From Octopus sinensis (taxonomy: Eukaryota): a stretch of 64,000 bases of DNA. The stretch lies in NCBI RefSeq assembly GCF_006345805.1, contig NW_021832226.1:186001-250000 (forward strand). Direction: 5' to 3'. Position numbers and translations under genes: made by a program. Shown one piece after another: positions 11,215-29,544 of the stretch. Position 1 is the first letter of the stretch. Every line of letters starts with the position of its first letter. The notes below the pieces were generated by a model. The model was not told where the DNA came from and ran no database searches. It saw only the letters and a program-made list of their open reading frames with translations.

Positions 11215-13508
11215 ATGTCTTTAGAAAAGAAAGTAAAATTTAACCCGGAAGTTTTGTTTTATGCCACTTCTAAGGAATCGGATTTAAACGAATTAGAGAA
11301 ATTCATTAAAGCTGGAATTGACATAAATTACAAAAATTCTGATGGTCTGACTGCACTGCACAGTGTAATATCTTATTTTTTTTAAACAAAACAACATTAG
11401 CTTATAAGTGTAATTTGATTTATCTTTTGATTAATGTAAATAGACATGACTTACGTCAGCAGCACGCAATTCTCTAATTTTAACATATAACTTTCAATTA
11501 CTGTTCTCTATTGTAAGGATTTTTGAGGTTTACTGACATTAATCACATATTTTAAATATTTTTTCATTAATTTTAGGCCTGCATTAATGGAGAATACCAA
11601 ATGTGCAGATTTCTCATTGATAATGGGGCAGATATTGACTGCAAAGACAGTGAAGGATGGACACCTTTACATATCGCTGCCTCAACTAACAATCTCAAGT
11701 TAACAACGTTTTTTTATTTCAAAATTCTTTATTTTTAGCTTATTGGTGAATCTTGGAGCATCATTATCGATTATTAATTATGATATGTTATTTCCAGTAG
11801 AATTGGCTTCAGATTCGGAGTTGACCGAATTTTTAAATGACCAAATGAATGCAATCGGTAAGATTTCATTGTCTAATTCTAGCATTGGACAGAGAAAAAA
11901 TTAAAAATAACGAACATTCTCTAATGCTAAGAGATTTCCAGGATTCGCTTCGAAAAGGAAAATTTGAATACCTTATCGATCCAAACTCCGGAGTTACCGC
12001 TTTACATGTAGCTGCTGCCAAAAACTATATCGATGTCATTGAGTTGATTTTTTTATTTTTAGTTTTTAGAATTCTTATAAAACTTCCAATTGATCTGAAT
12101 CAAGTTGATTTTGACGGATGGACACCATTACACACTGCTGCCTATTTTGACAATTTGACAGCTTTTAAATTACTTATCGAAGCGGGAGCAGATTTAAACG
12201 TAATTTCTATATCTGTAAAAACGACTTTGTATTTTAATTAGGGACAAACACCAAGTGATATGGCAAGTGACGAGCTGCTCTCCTTTATTACTGTAACAAT
12301 CTACATTTTTAGATAATTTAACGTTAGGAATTTGAAAACCAGAAGATAACTGAAAAGTATTTTTTGAGTTTTTCAAATATAAATTATTCTAATTTGACTA
12401 TATTTTTATAGACAAGTAATTCCCGAACAACCGGAAGATGATTACAAAACACCTCGTCAAAAAATTTCTAAAAACGAGAATTGTCATTTTTATATTTAAA
12501 ACTTAGATTATACTTTCCAAGAATGTATCCCCAACAAAACTGGAGATGTACCGAATAATATATTTATTGAAGAGAATTCCACGAAATGTAAAAAAATACG
12601 AAATTAGATTCATTTGTAGCAAACCTCGAACTAGAATCATTAGTTTTAAATGAACCAGAATTAGATGACTCATCAACCGGTTCGAAAGCCTGTTTAAAGA
12701 AAAAAAAGTAATAGTTTTAAAATGTATTATCAGAAATAAGAAAAAATCAGAAGCAATTTCTTTGCGTCGTGCTACTACAGGAATAAACTTGAAAGAAATT
12801 TCAGCATCTTTGGATTTAGTTAATCAACGCGCAGATAATGTCTCCGATGAAAAGTTATTTTTACTTTGTGGTTAACCCATTAATTTCTAGTCAACTAACC
12901 GATCACTCAGATAATATTGTATACTGACTTGAAATTTATTTCAAGAGCATTTTGCCGCCAGGGAAAACGACGAAAAATATTCCTTATTCAGAAATAACTA
13001 AAAAAGATTCATTTTTTCAGGTTCCTCTTGAAATCACCTAGATTTTTATAGGGCGACGACGCTTCAGCTAAGAATAAAAAAGAATTGGAATTCAACATTG
13101 AATCAAATTTCGGTTGATAATTTATTTTATCATTATCTAGTTTCGAATTCTATTTCACTCCCTACTCGGAAGTATATCCCCAGATTTCTAGAAAGTTCTG
13201 ATAAAGTTAATTAAACAATGCAATATTTCTAAAGGATTTGGAATCCTGTCAAAATTGCTTGAAACTTGAGAGTGATCTCATGTTGGCGCAAATTGAAAAT
13301 TCCGAGCTTCATAAAAAGATTAACCTTTATAATTTTGAAAACTTTATAACTTCCAATTACACTTTATTGGATGAAGTATTTTTAATTTTATATGAACTTA
13401 ATGTAGGAAACCCTTCAGAATATTGCCAACTCTCTTAAAAAAACATCCCAGTTGGAAAATGACAACCACAAACATCTAATGAAATGTTTAGAATTTCGGA
13501 AAAAATAA
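11215..13508 (+). CDS. PPP1R12A: Myosin phosphatase targeting subunit (MYPT/PPP1R12-like), multi-exon
   Basis: KVKF PP1-docking motif, ankyrin repeats (DGLTALH, EGWTPLH, SGVTALHVAAAKNY, DGWTPLH), RRATTG resembling the MYPT RRSTQG inhibitory site (about 12765), and a C-terminal coiled coil. Confidence 0.8.
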
Positions 13509-14069
13509 GAAAAATGACATTACTCATTATTTTTAAGTTTTGAAATGAATTTATTATTTATAATAAAAATTACAACCTATAAGTGTTATTTTTATAGAGA
13601 TTAATAATATCCATTTTTATATTTTTTGGAGCTTTATCAAAAAATTTCTTTAAAATGACTTTTCTTTATTTATCTCACAGGTCAAAAAATTTGAGCCTTT
13701 TTTGTTTAGTACAATCCTATGCTAAATTTTTTTAATAAAATTGTGGCGACCCTCTATTGTACCTATGTCGAATACAAATTACAAATATATTTGAATAAGA
13801 TTAACAATTTTACTCGTTTCAATAGCTTTACTCGGTTTGTAGCATAATAGGATGTCGAATTTTTTTAAATATAGGACTTTTATATTCCAACAAGAAAGTA
13901 GATGCATGGATGGTACAATGCAAAATACAAGAAAGTCTTTGAATTAAATTGCAACAACAGTATTTTGACGTAATTTGTTTTATAAATTTGTTAAATATTA
14001 TTATTTTTATTTTCATTTATTACAAAAAAATTTTTTTTACAAAAAATTATTACTTAGACACAATTATAT

Positions 14070-14878
14070 ATGAATTCACTTAGTAATATATTGAACCCAA
14101 TCGATTGGACTCTTAGTGCTTCTGTAAATAACCGTCGTTTATCTTATTCAAACAACAGCAGACCAAAAATTCCCCAATCTGCTTTGCCGAACTCTAGCAC
14201 AACAAAACGTGAAGGAAAATATGCAGATTTCGAACTAAGAAATACCTCAACTCAAAATTCAAACAAATATTCCAGCACAGGACCTCAGCTCTGGCACAGC
14301 CGAAGACTTTCTGACAAAGAAATTTTTGCGAGATTGAAAAGTACATGAATTTGATGACTAATTCTTAGCAAATAGAAAGATGTCTTGTGACCAAGATCGT
14401 CATGCATATCCTTATATATCTACAATGAGTTTACATGAAAGACATGCAATGTATGACAGAGGATATATTGGTCCGCGCAAATGGCCTTATTTGACGACAT
14501 ATGAAAGTGATTCAAATCCCATCAAATGTAAATCTGCAAAAATATTTGGAAATGACGGAAATATGCAAAACATTAATCGGATACAAGTAGATAGTAGACA
14601 AATTAGAAACAACTATACAGATCGACCATCTGACTTGTAAGAATTTCATAAATAATTAAAAGTTCATCACGATCGCATAATTCTCAGCAAATTCCAGGAT
14701 ATAGTGGAATCACCGGATCAGTAAACCACGATGAGATTGATAATAAAAAAGTCGAATTTATTCCATTTAATGTCGTTCGTACACAGCCTAAAGTGTCTCA
14801 ATACATTTAGTAAAAATATTTTTATTTCTTTATACAAGTTCTCCGTATGCAATTGGATATACAGGCCACAGAAGATAA
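14070..14878 (+). CDS. Probable SPATA48-like ciliary/axonemal protein
   Basis: WHSRRLSDKEIFARL, then QIPGYSG...IDNKKVEFIPFNVVRTQPK and a terminal GYTGH motif across short introns. The family assignment is from recalled motif similarity only. Confidence 0.45.
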
Positions 14879-15799
14879 AAAAAATAACAAAAAGTTAAAA
14901 TTTATGAATTTTCTTAATATTTTTAATTTTCAATTTGTATTTACTTTAAACTTTAAAAAATATCTAATTTCGTGTTCTTTTGGAAATTTTTATAAACAAA
15001 TTTTATCTCCTTACTACAAAAATAATAAAAAATAAAACCTAAGATTTATTTAACTAAAAAAAGAAATAGAGACATGATAGTGCACAAGCAATGGTACGAC
15101 GACGAATTTAGTATTGTGGATAACATCACTTTGATTGCCAGGAGATCATATTTATGTAATTTTTCAATTTTGACATGCTTTAAAGATTTTTAATCCCAAC
15201 TTGATTAGCGTAATGATATTTTTAGCATGTCGAAGACAAAGATGTCCAGTTTATTATTATTGACTTTAGTATCCGTCTTAATCGTAATGTCCAGACGTAC
15301 TTTAATCACCTCAATAGAAACAGCTTGAGGGAATTTATCAGCCTCGGCCATCATCTTCATTACAGTATCTTCTTTTCAAGCAAAAAATGTATGTCGTCCA
15401 TAAATAACAAGTGGTTTTTTAAGTATGCCTGAGCACTCTAGCCTGATTTGTCCACTAGCATTTTTAGAAATTTTGGAAATTTTACGTTTAATATCTAGTC
15501 AGAAGGTCCCGGAAAACCAAAAAGATTTTCGTCGACAGAGAATCGTCTTGCAAGGTCCCTCTCTTCATTCTCACTTCACAAATCTCTTTTAGGTTGAATC
15601 TACACTGCGCTACCAGTTATTTAGATAGTTAATGCACGTTCGTGTTACCAATAAACAGTGTTTATGGTTTCGCTTGTGCCATGTTTTTAACTATTCTTGT
15701 CGTTAGTCTTTTCCTCGTTTCGTTGCCTTGCTCGTTCTTTGATTTCGGGACCAGTCTCTCTATAAAATTTATTATACAGCGGAGAAGGCAGGAATTATC

Positions 15800-16150
15800 G
15801 GGAATATGGTAAAAGAACTCATAATCGAAAGATTCAAAAGCCTTTTTATATCAACCCACATAGAGGGCAAGTTATTCCCACTTTGTTGATGAATACATTA
15901 GTTGAGCATTGTCTGTTCTCGGGGTTCTTGGCACATTTTCTAGTTCCCAATTGGTTATCGCTGATGAAACTTTACGGTTCAAAGTAAGAATTTCGGTCGC
16001 TTATAAAGAAATGCACGCCGATTGAGTTCCTCTGCAGAAGGAAGAGAAGGCTTTCCGGGATACGGTTGGGTCATCAGAAGACCATGTAAGGAGAGTCCGG
16101 CTGTTGTTGGAGGCAGGGATCACCTAATTAGTTAGTTAGTTTTGACCTGG
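15800..16150 (+). mobile_element. Degenerate LINE 3' remnant related to the element at 700-1290
   Basis: CTPIEFL...SPN* parallels ITPIQFL...SPN* of the 726 ORF, followed by TTAG repeats. Confidence 0.4.
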
Positions 16151-16987
16151 AGTTAATAAATAGCCTTTACTGTGCCTGTGTTAAAAATGTCGTCCAAACT
16201 TTATTTTACATAAACATTTATTTTAATGCAAATTCTGATTTCGTCAATAATTCCAATATTTTTTTATAGGAATCGACTATAATTTGCCCAAAGATTCAAC
16301 AATCAGAAATATCATTCGTAAGGTTCATTTTTTTATTTCAGATTCACCCAACCCATTTTTAGTCAATCTAGTTTTTAGTTTGTGATTAAAATAAAAGAAA
16401 TAGGCTTTAATCACATAAAATAATAGTTGCGGGGATACTCCCTGTTTCTTCCTCACAATAAACTGCAAAAAATTTCACAAAAAAGTTTTTGCAAGCAAAT
16501 TTGAACAAATGAACAAGTTTAGTTAAGAATGCTTATCTAAAACAATTGAAATGAGTATTAATTTAGTATTTGTGCTGTTTTTGGTTATTCTAAAACGATA
16601 AAAACTGCAGAATGGAAAGTGAGACTTTGAATGTTGTAATTGACATGATATTTATATTTTATTCAAAAAAATGATAGATCTGATTAACCGAAAGGAAAGT
16701 ACTATCGACAGCAGAGTTGGACAGGCTGAAAAAGGATTAGTGGCCAACAAAGAGGTGAATCCATTTTCACTATACTCTTCTCTTCAAGTTTAATAATGAC
16801 TTTACAGTGTGGAATTTTTCATTAAACGACCGTGTTATAAGAAACCATCCGCTGCGAGGTATTCATTTTAAAAATTAATAAAATAAACCTTATTGAAATA
16901 TTAGAAATAATTTATTATTACAAAAATTTTCAATAAAATAAATTGTAACTACGTTTGGTGGTGCTACGTATTTATATTTCTTTATAA

Positions 16988-20045
<3,058 letters not shown>

Positions 20046-20619
20046 TTTTATAGTGTTTTTTTATATTTAACTGTCAGTTATGGATTTTTTGTTTTTCACA
20101 AGATATTAGGTAACCCAGAATACTGCAAATAATTTCTAATTTCGTTTGTGATTATATACTGTCCAGAAAACTTAATTGGAATGTTTAATGATTGTTTTAT
20201 ACAGTCAAATTTACTGCCAAAATTTACTGCCAAATACACTTTTTATTTTAAAAATAAGTGCTATATGGGTCAGCAAAAAAGAGGTAAAGAAATGCATTTA
20301 TTGCTTAAAAGTTTCTTAATTAAACATTGAAAGTTAATCCATTAATTTCAAAATTTTTATCGTATTTCTTTTTTTCAAAAATATTACATTTAACAAAATT
20401 TCTTAAAGTCACATCTTTTCTGATTGTTTCTTAAAATATAATAATTTAGCAATATTTTGTGCTTGCAATAGAATACCAAGAAACATCTTGTTGAGACTAA
20501 TCATCTCGTTGAGACTTTCGTGGTTATTTAAATTTTAAACAAGGATTCTGAAATTTCCGAATTATATGTAACTTTGTTACCAGTAATTTGTAAAACTAGT
20601 ATAAATTTTATTCGTTTTA

Positions 20620-20760
20620 TATCATGACTGTTACCACAATTGAAGTAGGAATTACATGGCATGAGAGACTCAAGCAAACCAAGGTAGAAAAATTACATAA
20701 ATACAATCTTCTATTTGGAAAACTAAAAATTCTTTATGGGGCACCTGTAAAGATTATTCC
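20620..20760 (+). mobile_element. Restriction-like-endonuclease (R2/NeSL-type) non-LTR remnant
   Basis: TIEVGITWHERLKQTKVEKLHKY matches the RLE motif seen at 57590-57835. Confidence 0.45.
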
Positions 20761-21334
20761 AATTGTGCTGACATGGGAAGGGGAGGTTTCAACGTGTTAA
20801 AAGGCCTATGTGGAAAAATTATCTGTTCAAGGCCGGACAAGAACATACATTTAGGCACTTGCGATGAAGAAGACACTAGAAAGCATTATGGTGGAGCATA
20901 GGCATGGAATTTTCACGCCCCAAGAATTCATTACGGCAACCAGCCAGTTGGTTGAAATGACAAACCAATTTTGCTAAGACCCCTCAGATGAAACAAATAG
21001 AAAAATTATAAATAACTTGGAAAATAAAACTGATAACGCGTTGGTGTATAATTCTTCCAAAAAGAAAAAATTTCCGGGAACTAGGATCAATGAATTAGTT
21101 AATTTCTCTTTTTGGGTTTAGTTGTTAAATAATAATGGTATCGTTTTGACTAAATTTCATTAGTGTAGATTCAGTCGTGGTCCGGATTTGGAAAATTGAT
21201 TCAAATTTTTTATGAAAAAAATAGTGAGCTTAAACAAAAATTTTAAATATTATATAAATATTTTGTTATATAACCAAATCAAAAATTCAATAAACAAATA
21301 AATTATTTTATATCATCATTCTTTTGATTGCTCC

Positions 21335-23373
<2,039 letters not shown>

Positions 23374-23661
23374 TTTTTCTTTTTTATTCTTTAAATAAAT
23401 GGTTTCATTTTTGTTATTTAAAAAAAATATAATTGGAAAGTTTACCGGAGATATGCGTGCGATCATCTCGAGTGAATTTAATAGATGGAAATAATATTGT
23501 AAAGTTTATTTTTTGACTACAACGATCAAATGATTAAATTTTCGACATTGCGCTGACAAATGAATAATTAATACTATATTAAGAAGGAAAAACGATTACC
23601 TAAAAACTTACTTTAGATTTTCTTTCCCTGGACATCTTTAAAATAATAAAATCCTCAATAA

Positions 23662-25422
23662 GAAGAAGAAGAATATGGTTTATTTAATACAATAGGTCCA
23701 AAAGAAAAGTGGCCAAGGAATTAGAGCTTAGGGGGGCATGATAACGAGAGCCACGAAGGTCTCAACTTCGGTTTTGCCCCAGGAGACTGTCTTATTTCCC
23801 TCAGCGAATTCGAGTTTTTGCCAGGATCGCGTCAATCGTGTCAACACTCCGCTCATGCAGGTCTTCCAGCGGACTGCTGAGCTCCAGGCCGAATGCCAGT
23901 TTGATGGCAAATCGTCTGGTTTTTCGAGTTTGGCGATTAGAAGGTCCCTTTCATCAGTTTGGTACCAGCCTTCCGAACCATAGATTATTAGTGGCTGAAC
24001 ACAAGTCTGGTAGATGTGTAGAAACGTTTCTGCGCTCAGACAAAAACGCCTCAGGCCTTTTAGGATTTTCGCTCCTTGTTTCCGCTTTGCATGCACATGG
24101 GGTTTGTATGACCCGGTGGGGTCTATAGTTACTCCCAGGTAACGTAGGTTCTTCGATATAATCAGGTTCCCATAATCCTCGAAAGTCGGTTTTTTGTCAC
24201 GACCCATTGAAATCCAACAAATGGTACTTTTGTCCAGAGCGAGATTCAAGCCTTTACCATTGCACCAGATTTCAAGTTCCTCCAAGTACGGTTCTGGTCT
24301 GCTCCAGAGTCTGCTCCAGAGTCGGATCGGACAACCTTCTTCTGTGTCGGGGTCCCCACATCGAGACATCCGTAACCAAGATATCGTCCGCGTAGATAAT
24401 TAGTCTGCTCGTAGGAAAATGTGGTTTCGGGACGTCGGCCAGAAATATATTAAAGAGCAAGGGGCTGAGAACCGATCCCTGAGGAACACCTCTCCTCAGA
24501 TTAACGGCCTTCGATAGCAAATTTCCACAACGAATGAACGATTTTCTCTCGCACAAGAAGTCCTTAAGCCATCTGATAGTTTTTCGCCTAGCACCCAACT
24601 CCGCTACTTTATCTAACAACCCCAAGTGCCAGACACTGTCAAAGGCCTTGCAGACGTCCAGGCAGACCGCCGTTAGGCAGGCTTTATGGAGTTTGGCCCG
24701 AGTCAGTTCTTCCTCAAGAAGCGAGAAACAGTGACCGGTTGATCGACCAGGTCTAAAACCCCACTGTTCCTCCGCGAGTATATTATTTTGTTCCACGTAA
24801 GCCGATAAACGATTGAAAATAATTCTTTCCATTATCCTCGACGTTGTGCAGATAAGGCTAATTGGCCTATAACTTCCTGCCTGCGTATTTGGTTTTCCAG
24901 GTTTTGGGATCATTCGGACGATTGTTCGTTTCCAGCTAGGTGGGACGTGACCATTGTCCCAACTGGCATTGAATAGTTTTACCAGAATACGAAGCAAGCA
25001 TCCGGGTGCCTTCTTGAACACCTCCATAGGGATGAAGTCAAATCCAGGAGCGTTGTTCTTGCAACCTCTGATTGCTTCGAACGTCTCTTCCGTGGTTATT
25101 TCCCTGCACAAGGGTCCATCCAAAACAAGTTTTGAGCGGGAATTTCGGGTCGACTCCTCGAATATTTTCAGAGGCAGGATAGACGAAGGGTCCACCTCCT
25201 GAATCCCTGCTAGCTGCTGGCGGAAGACCTCCGGGACTTCCTCAGTAGGAACAAAGCCTCCATCCACCGATTTAAGAATGATTTCTTCTCCTTTTGCTTC
25301 CGTCCCGTTCATTATTTTGTATAGTTTCCAGAATTTAGGATTTTTCTTGTTGAGTTTTAAGCATTCTCTCTTCCATGTCTCATCTGTGTTAGCTTTAGTC
25401 AGCTCGTCGATCCGTCGATCCG
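23662..25422 (-). mobile_element. 5'-truncated LINE (RT) related to the 3483-8015 element
   Basis: 14-bp TSD AAAATCCTCAATAA at 23648-23661 and 25423-25436. (TTC)4 3' tail on the minus strand. YRPISL, QWGFRPGRS, GVPQGSVLSP and YADD. Confidence 0.9.
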
Positions 25423-25659
25423 AAAATCCTCAATAACCATTTAATAGTAACCTTAATTTTTTCTCTTTTGTATTTCAGTAAAGTATAATTATAGCAAAAA
25501 ATCATTCAAAAGATGTCATTACTTTTGCACAAATAATCGTATGCTTGTGATTCATCAGTATTTCTTTAAAAACTATTGTTTCGATATGCAATTTTTTGTT
25601 CATTTAAAAATATAAATATTATCTGTTTCATTTGTAAACCGAGACTGGCATTTTTCCGG

Positions 25660-25830
25660 TAGATCATTCCAAACTTATGTTCTTCACGCATACTCTCCAA
25701 TGTTTTCCGGATAACCACCGACTGAATGTAAGCTCGTGTGGGTGCTTCGAAACCGATTGAGTCGCAGTGATATTTTACAACACGTCCTATTTTAGTACCA
25801 ATGGTATTATAGTTACATTGACGTTGTGGA
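25660..25830 (-). mobile_element. RLE-type non-LTR C-terminal remnant
   Basis: Minus-strand RAYIQSVVIRKTLES parallels AYMQSTVLKRTLES at about 33300. Confidence 0.45.
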
Positions 25831-26659
25831 TTACTCTCAGTTCACTAACAAGCAAATCGTACTTATAGAGCTTTTTTACCTCAACTTGTCTCAGGCCTTT
25901 TTAGGAGATGATCCCGATCTCGATTTTGTCTATAAAAGTGATTCTGATTTTCATTTTTTCAAGTACGAAGATGTTCGCCTTGTTATTCCTGATTTTCGTA
26001 TTTGTATTTATTGTTGTGTCAACACAAATCTCCACATAGTTATTTGCATCACTGATTGAACAGAGTGAGTTTTTAGCTTTTTGGATTTCTTAATTCCATA
26101 TTTTCTGCATAAATGCAGATGTATACACTTCAATATCTTGTTGTGTCTCCTTAAGTAGTCACTATTTAGCATTCGACTACACCTCGTTGCTTAGTGATCA
26201 ACTGTTTTCCAAGGTGAGTTACAGTGAGTGCACAATAAATTACGGTCATGTATGAGATATAAAACACCTTTCAGTTCTAAGTGAGTTATTTCCATCCAAA
26301 CCAATTCGTTTTACTTTATGATAATTTTCAAGTTGTTAACATGAAGTCCAATCTTTTTGAATCCAAGAAAAAAAACTAAATGTATTTGATTAAATTAACA
26401 CAAATTTTACACTTCTTTGGATGGATATACTGTTAATTCACTTCTTTATTAATCGAAATTTTTTAATGCTGTCAAATTATTTAAAGTCAATTGAACCACC
26501 AAATTAGCGTCGAGAATTTGTCAGTTCTGTAAAGAAAAATGTCAATTGTATACATAATTACAATCTCATGCATTAATTTTTTCATTAATATTGATATTAA
26601 TAGTATTAAAAAATCGAAGTATTTATTTTCCATCGCACATTCCTTGCATCGACAACGGA

Positions 26660-27960
26660 GTGATCAGTCCTCTATGAGACGAAAAGATCAGCGGTCATTC
26701 TATTAAAAAATCTTGGTATCGAAGGAATCACGTTTCTAACGGCTATCTTAAACTATTCGATCAACAATAATGTGATTCTTTCACTATGGAAACAGGCTTT
26801 AATAAGGCCGATACCGAAACCTGAAAGACCAAGAGACGACCCGGCATCTTTCAGACCGGTTTCCCTGTTATGCTCCTTGTCAAAAATCCTGGAAAGGATT
26901 GTTCTTGGAAGAATAGAAGAGTTTTTACCCAAAAGGCCTTTTCAACTAAGTTCAGGAAAGCAAAGTCCACGTCTTCATATTTACAGTCATTGACGGAATT
27001 CATTTGTACCGGTTTTACAGGCAAACCGAAGCACCAAAAGACCGTGCTTTGCTTTGTAGACATACACAAATCCTTCGACTCTGTCTCGAAAAAGCTCTTA
27101 TCAAGGAAGATATTCCAAACTGAATTTTCCCGAAACCTAAACTATAGATCACCAATTTCCTAAGTGGACGAAGGGGAAGGGTGTGCCTCAGAGGCCTGAA
27201 GTCCACTTCTCGACTCGTGCCCAACGGAGTACCCCTGAGATCCCTCTTATCCCAGGCTCTTTCAAACTTTTCCTGGAAGATCTCCCGCCCTCCCTTGACA
27301 ATAATTATGTTGTCCTTTCATATGCGGATAACATCGTATTGGCCTCACAGGATCGGGACGTCCAGAAGGACTCTGAAAGGCTCCAGGCTAACGTAGATCG
27401 ACTCAACCTATGGCTAACTGATAACCGACTCGTGGTAAACGTGGCAAAGTCCTTTCACATCTTTTTATATTTGATAAAAGTTTGGGAAGTGTTTCAGCCA
27501 ACTTGAAGTTGAACAATGTGTTCGTACCCTTTTACAGAAGTCAGACGGTTCTAGGAATAAACTTCGAAATGCACCTCTGCTTCACCACGCACGCAGACAA
27601 CCTTCTTCGTAAATGTGAGAAAAAAATGAACGTGCTCAGAAGCCTATCCGGTTTATGGAAAAACGGTTCCCACCCGATATTGGCGAATAATTACCGTTTA
27701 AACCGTCCATTTCATACGCCTGCGGATCATGGGGTCCGCGGTTATCGTGGTCCAACAGGAGGCGAATCAAAGAAGTTCAACAAAGGGCCCACAGATTAAT
27801 CGAACATTGGTTGCACGATAACAAACGTTCCGATCCATCTCCTCTGGAAGACCTAATCAAGCAGAACTTCAGTTTGTTTGCAAATGCCGCGACAAATACG
27901 GCAAGCCACCCGGCTCGTGGGAAGATCACCGAGCGAGGATGTTTTTACTGTGGTCTTGGT
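26660..27960 (+). mobile_element. Degenerate LINE RT remnant
   Basis: WKQALIRPIPKP, FRPVSLLCSLSKILE, VDIHKSFDSV, GVP, YADN and LGINFEMHLCF across frameshifts. Confidence 0.85.
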
Positions 27961-28173
27961 GTTTTAATAATAATTAAATCTTAACTTACACATTTTAAAT
28001 ATGAGAAACTAAGTTAAGACACTACTAAGATCCTCTCTTGGCTCCTTGAGTAACATTTCTTTTCAAGCTAAATCAAAGCTCACTCCAAGCACTCTTAGTT
28101 AAATAAGGTGACAAAAAACTGATTTCAAAAAAACAAATTCCATTAGTTATTAGAAAACGTAATAATCAGAGAA

Positions 28174-28389
28174 TTAGCACAATTTTTTACTTTGTACCAT
28201 ATTTAGAGTCACAGTATACGCTAATTTCATTCCTTTTTCAACTGTATTCACGAAATCAGTACACCCAGGAATACAAACTGCACATGGACTGAAGAAAACG
28301 TAGATTACTGCACAAAGCATGGCAAAAGGAAATACAAGGAGAAGAATCAGAAACCAAGCTATACTTGTAAGTGCACGTAAATCAGCCAT
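28174..28389 (-). CDS. Small Cys-containing membrane protein of unknown function (71 aa)
   Basis: Clean ATG-to-stop ORF with a long hydrophobic stretch (IAWFLILLLVFPFAMLCAVIYVFFSPC) and a splice-acceptor-like AG just upstream. Confidence 0.65.
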   Translation of the reverse strand: MADLRALTSIAWFLILLLVFPFAMLCAVIYVFFSPCAVCIPGCTDFVNTVEKGMKLAYTVTLNMVQSKKLC

Positions 28390-29544
28390 TTTCTATAATA
28401 TTAATAGAAAGAAAGCCCAACCAGGTAACTCAACCGGAATTAATTGCTTTTAATCGTTTAAATATTTTTTATAGAATAATCAATAATCCCGTGCCGACGC
28501 AGCATCATTAATGACGTTGTGCCGATGTCTGAATATCTGTTCAAGCCATAAAATACAGTCCTCAAAAAAGTAGGTTTTGACCCTGAAGATAATAAAAGAC
28601 CGTTTAGGAATACAGTATTACTTTCCAGAACATGAAGTCACTAGTGAAGCACGTCAGGAAGTTTTGATTCACTTCGGAAGCAAATTTTTCATAAATATTC
28701 TTGCAAAAATAGTTCGGAAGAAGTGAATATCTGTTAAAGAAGTGAATATTAAAACAGAAACCGCAACGAAACTAAGAAATGAAAATTCAATGATTCAAAA
28801 CAAAACAAATTTAAATTCTCCATTCAAAAATTTCAAAAATTCAGGTTGATTAGAAATTGGGAAAATATAATTCTCTTGGGTTAAATCAATTCATATGAGT
28901 AATAGACTAATCCTAGGCAAAAAATTAAAAAAGTGTTTTTTCGATATAAGACATTTGAAAATTACAATTTTTGATAAAATGAGCGTGACAGCACTAAAAG
29001 TACAAAATTAATCTTTCAGTTGAATAATGATTCACTAAACAAATTAAAAAATTATTCAGTGTTTTTAATAATTATTGATCGACTTGACGGAACTATTAAT
29101 ACGTCGATAATCAGATTAATGTTAACAGAAAATTATTAAAAATTAATTTTCATAACTCAGTCTATTTTTCAAACTTTATTAAGCTTGTGGTATTCTCTCC
29201 TGGATACACTGTTAATTGCTTCCAGTTACCTCAGTTCCTCGATACTTCCTTATTTTTTCCTAGAAATATTTTTTTTTTGGTACCATTTTAAATTTTAAAA
29301 TATTGACAAATAGTTATTAACTAACTAAATTCCCGGCCTCGTAAATGAAAACACAGTTTCCACGTACTATAGCCAAGGAAATCCTTTCGAGAAGCCACAG
29401 AAATATTAAAATTAATTTAAAAAAGAAGAGAATCTAAAAAATTTTTTAATTATAAAAAAATAATTATTTAAATATGTAAACTTTATATACTTTGGACAAC
29501 CCACAAAATCAATTAATTAAAAATATATTTTATTTATTGTTAGG

